64,000 bases of DNA from Paraphysomonas bandaiensis (taxonomy: Eukaryota; Protista; Chrysophyceae), in the NCBI GenBank assembly GCA_965644295.1, contig CBFFRP010000389.1:15310-79309 (forward strand). Direction: 5' to 3'. This document shows, in pieces, positions 60,311-64,000 of the stretch. Every line of letters begins with the position of its first letter. Position 1 is the stretch's first letter. The position numbers and the translations under genes are program-made. The notes under the pieces were generated by a model. That model was given only the letters and a program-made list of their open reading frames with translations, searched no databases and had not been told where the DNA came from.

Positions 60311-61047
60311 TAATGTTGTTTGTGAGTTTCGCCCTGCTCGTGTGTCTTAGGACTAACTGGCGCGTGTTGTCTCTTCTCAAATACAACACACACATCTGTG
60401 CACCAGTCACTCCTATATCCTATATCTTACATATATATATCCTATATTAAAGAGTGGTGGGTAGACACACGCTCTCTTCGTATCTACTTTATTATTTATT
60501 GCAAAACGCATCAAAAAATCAACTTAAATCGATATTATCAAAATTTCACCAGGTTTAGACCCTTTCACCAGGTTTGGTCATCACATCGACTAATAGCCAC
60601 CCGTTATACCTCTATGAGTTGATTTTACCTATTGAACACAGCAAACTCACTTCAAATGCACAATGTATATCGTGTCATACTGCAGATCTCAACAAGCAAA
60701 AACACTGTATATACTATAAACAATACTTAGTAATAGATATCTTGCATCAGTGTAAAACTACATATACTATATACCTCAAATAATGTGGCACGCTATCACC
60801 GTAATAATATCACGTCATTAGCGATAGAAACCATATCTCCCCATAATAGTTCTCCTGAAAGTCGATTACATGTAATGTATATATGTATATCAGTATTGTG
60901 TTGTTAATTATAGTGACTAAATAAAGTCCGTCAGTACGATGCCACTACATTAACACCACAATTGCATAAATATCAACATCTAAATAAACAGCCATCACTA
61001 TACTACGGTAAAAGTTGAAGAAAACATCTGTTCGAAATTCACAACAA

Positions 61048-63410
61048 CTAATCGCATAAAAAATCGAAAACAGAAAATATAACTGGCTCTACCGGCGATT
61101 TACAAACTCCATATTCCTTCAAGGACTCTTTCTCTGGCGTCCAGATTCCGCTTCCAACCACAGTGTCAGACGTTTGGACACAGACTCTTTTGGCTACGTT
61201 AGTATTTTCAATAGGCGAATCAAAACTGCAACTTCGGCGCAATGGTCGAGGAGCTGGACACTTCATCGCTGTTTCTTCATGTGTAACGGACCCATTTTTC
61301 GCTCCACTATTAATCTGGATCTGGCCATTGTACTTGGGGAGCTAAGAGGTCGCATGTAAGGGACACTTTAATAAAGAAAACACAATACCTCTGAGGGATC
61401 ATGGAAATACGGCTCATAGAGGAATTCCCCATTCGACCCTAAATATGCCTTGGTTCTCACCGCCTCATAAGGTAATGGAAGAATTATAACATCCGAACTT
61501 ACACCCTTTTGAGATACTGTTCCTAAACCATGAACTGGACAGTGACTATCCAGGATACGATAGACCCTACGCTTTTCCGTTCCCTTATTTCGGGTATGGA
61601 AGAGTACTCCGAGTTCAAAATTCTTGTATTCAATACACCCCTGCAAGTATATCAGTAACAGTACATCAGCAGAGGAGGCATACCTCGAGCATATGCCCAC
61701 AAGATCTACATGCGCGTGGTTCCACTACTTCTCCCTGCGCACCTAGCATGTTCAAATTAAATATTTTTCCAACACATAGTCGAAACGATATTACCCTTGG
61801 AAAGACATGCAGATGTAAGAAGCAGCCAAGCCACATCTTTGCAGGAACATTGTCTATTGTCCGTGGTATTGTTCCCAGTGTCAGGCATCATTCGCAAGTA
61901 CGTCTTTTCGTGTGGAACTCGCCCCAAGTGGGATGTACTCAGTCGGGGACAAGGACATGTACGTCCCTCATACAAATGCATCTGAGCATGAAGATCTGGC
62001 TCCATTAGCGCTAAGTATCTTGGGAGAAAGAAAAGGCCCTGTTGAGATGTTTCTGCCGCAATATCTTTCTCCTGCTCCGTGATGTACTGTGCACTAGGCC
62101 AAACGAGCTTTACTGACTCAAGAGGGATCATATCACATGTATCTTGGCTACATGTGTCTTTATCCTGACCGGTCTCGGGCATATACATGGAAAGCAAGTC
62201 CACTACAAGTATGTTAACAATAATGTGCAATAGCCTAAAAAACGTACCAATATACTGATTGCATGTCCCACTCCCAATGCTAGTGGGCTGCATGATAAGC
62301 GTATCCGTACTCGTGAGCTCACGGGACAAATGGACACCTTCTTCCATCAGTACCTCACAAATGCGTGCCGCTCCGTATGAAATTTCTTGTCCTACCCGTA
62401 AACTGGCTCTATGCTGCATGCACTTCATACACGGCAACGAAGACTCCTCACTAGGGGCATTTTGCAATCGTCTACCAGGAACAGTAGATACAAGTCGTAC
62501 TTCTGCCTGCTCAAACTCATACATCGCCGCCAGAGACATATCATGGGGAAGACCACTGTGCAGACGTATGAACTCCATTGGCCCGGAATTGCATTCTGAC
62601 TCATTTTCAGCATCGCTGGCATCGGAATCATCCGACCAGCTACGTCTAGCAAACCTATTTACTTGCTGCGATTGCTGAATATCACAGAAAGTGTAAGAAT
62701 ACGACTAAATATTGAAGCTTCTAACACACCTTTGTCAAAAAATCTTGTAGAATGATACCAAAGTCATTTTCAGCAGAAGACATATCCAAAAACTTCGAAC
62801 GGCGTAAGGGAAAGAATTGGGACCACGTCAGGTTGGAAGAAAAATCTGAATTCGTCAGGTTCGCAGTAGAGATCATTGTATACACTCCAGAGCGGCAAAA
62901 AATGAGCATATACTTCGAGTGGTGTACTCCCATAATAACCTTGGCTTCCTGATGCAAACCCAAACGAGACCAGGATTGATATTGCGGAGTAATCTTTGCA
63001 AGTTTCAATTTACGAGATATTCCACACTTTGGCTTGCAAACTGTGTGTACTTTCTTGTTGTAGACAATAAGGCAATCGATATCAGATGATGCAGATATGA
63101 GGTCCGGCAGCTCATCAGCTATAGCATACAGATCAAGACTGAAAGTAGAGAGGACACAGCAGAGAATATGTCCCTTTTCTCTTTGGATAATTTTTCTGAT
63201 ATAATCAGATCGAGAGAAGCTATGAGGACAGTATGTATGCGTGTGTGTTTGTTCTTTACGTCCTGTGTGTGTGTTGTATGAGTCTGTGTCTGTGTTTACA
63301 TTCGAGTCCCTCTCGTTACTGTTACAACCACCGCTGTTATTGTAATGTGCGTAGTGGTTGATAGACTCATTGCGATAAAATGAACGACCATCAAATAAGT
63401 TCATTGACAT
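61048..63410 (-). CDS. TDP1: Tyrosyl-DNA phosphodiesterase 1-like (PLD superfamily), multi-exon
   Basis: GVHHSKYML...ISTANLT (first HKN), LVSTVPG, QPTSIGS, LVWPS, VPHEKTY...LLTSACLSKGAQG (second motif), KNFELGVLF, LPLPY. Confidence 0.8.
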
Positions 63411-63482
63411 GATAATATGGAGAGATATGACTAAACACTAGCTGACAACCCTCCACAGTAAATACAAATATTCAAACTATAC

Positions 63483-64000
63483 ACATACATACATACATAC
63501 ATACATACATACATACATACATACATACATACATACATACATACATACATACATACATACATACATACATACATACATACATACATACATACATACATAC
63601 ATACATACATACATACATACATACATACATACATACATACATACATACATACATACATACATACATACATACATACATACATACATACATACATACATAC
63701 ATACATACATACATACATACATACATACATACATACATACATACATACATACATACATACATACATACATACATACATACATACATACATACATACATAC
63801 ATACATACATACATACATACATACATACATACATACATACATACATACATACATACATACATACATACATACATACATACATACATACATACATACATAC
63901 ATACATACATACATACATACATACATACATACATACATACATACATACATACATACATACATACATACATACATACATACATACATACATACATACATAC
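63483..64000 (+). repeat. (TACA)n microsatellite >500 bp upstream of the TDP1-like gene (runs off the window)
   Basis: Perfect tandem repeat to the window end. Confidence 0.98.

Noticed and set aside
1-64000. Alternative genetic code or programmed frameshifts to explain fragmented ORFs
   Set aside because: Every break I traced is resolved by a short GT-AG (one GC-AG) intron, and TAA, TAG and TGA all serve as terminal stops
63483-64000. Telomere at the window end
   Set aside because: The same TACA unit occurs at many internal promoters and is not a G-rich telomeric repeat

Overview
This is gene-dense eukaryotic nuclear DNA with the standard genetic code and short, mostly 43-65 nt spliceosomal introns. 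The gene style suggests a stramenopile/ochrophyte protist such as a chrysophyte, but that is inference. About 19 protein-coding genes are present, mostly in head-to-head pairs: J-domain/ankyrin/UBA/PAM2 with LysM-UBA; ATG1 with ATG16; VAP with coronin; Sen1-like helicase with F-box/ankyrin-repeat; serine carboxypeptidase with dynactin p62; PX-like with Orai-like-PH; F-box/LRR with an unknown gene; Mo-cofactor oxidoreductase with a C2HC zinc-finger gene. There are also an S8 subtilisin, a HAT/TPR protein and a TDP1-like gene. Long (TACA)n microsatellites and ApT-rich DNA mark gene 5' ends. Intergenic DNA holds hAT derivatives and MITEs with 8-bp TSDs, a Harbinger-type MITE, a decayed Ty1/copia with a solo LTR, a ~140-bp promoter-associated repeat (3 copies) and a structured SINE-like repeat (5 copies). 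The most notable items are a candidate autophagy/phagosome gene neighbourhood at 1-17.6 kb, a promoter architecture consistent with ApT (6mA-type) marking, an Orai-like-PH fusion lacking the selectivity glutamate, and a 16-unit ankyrin array with hypervariable positions.
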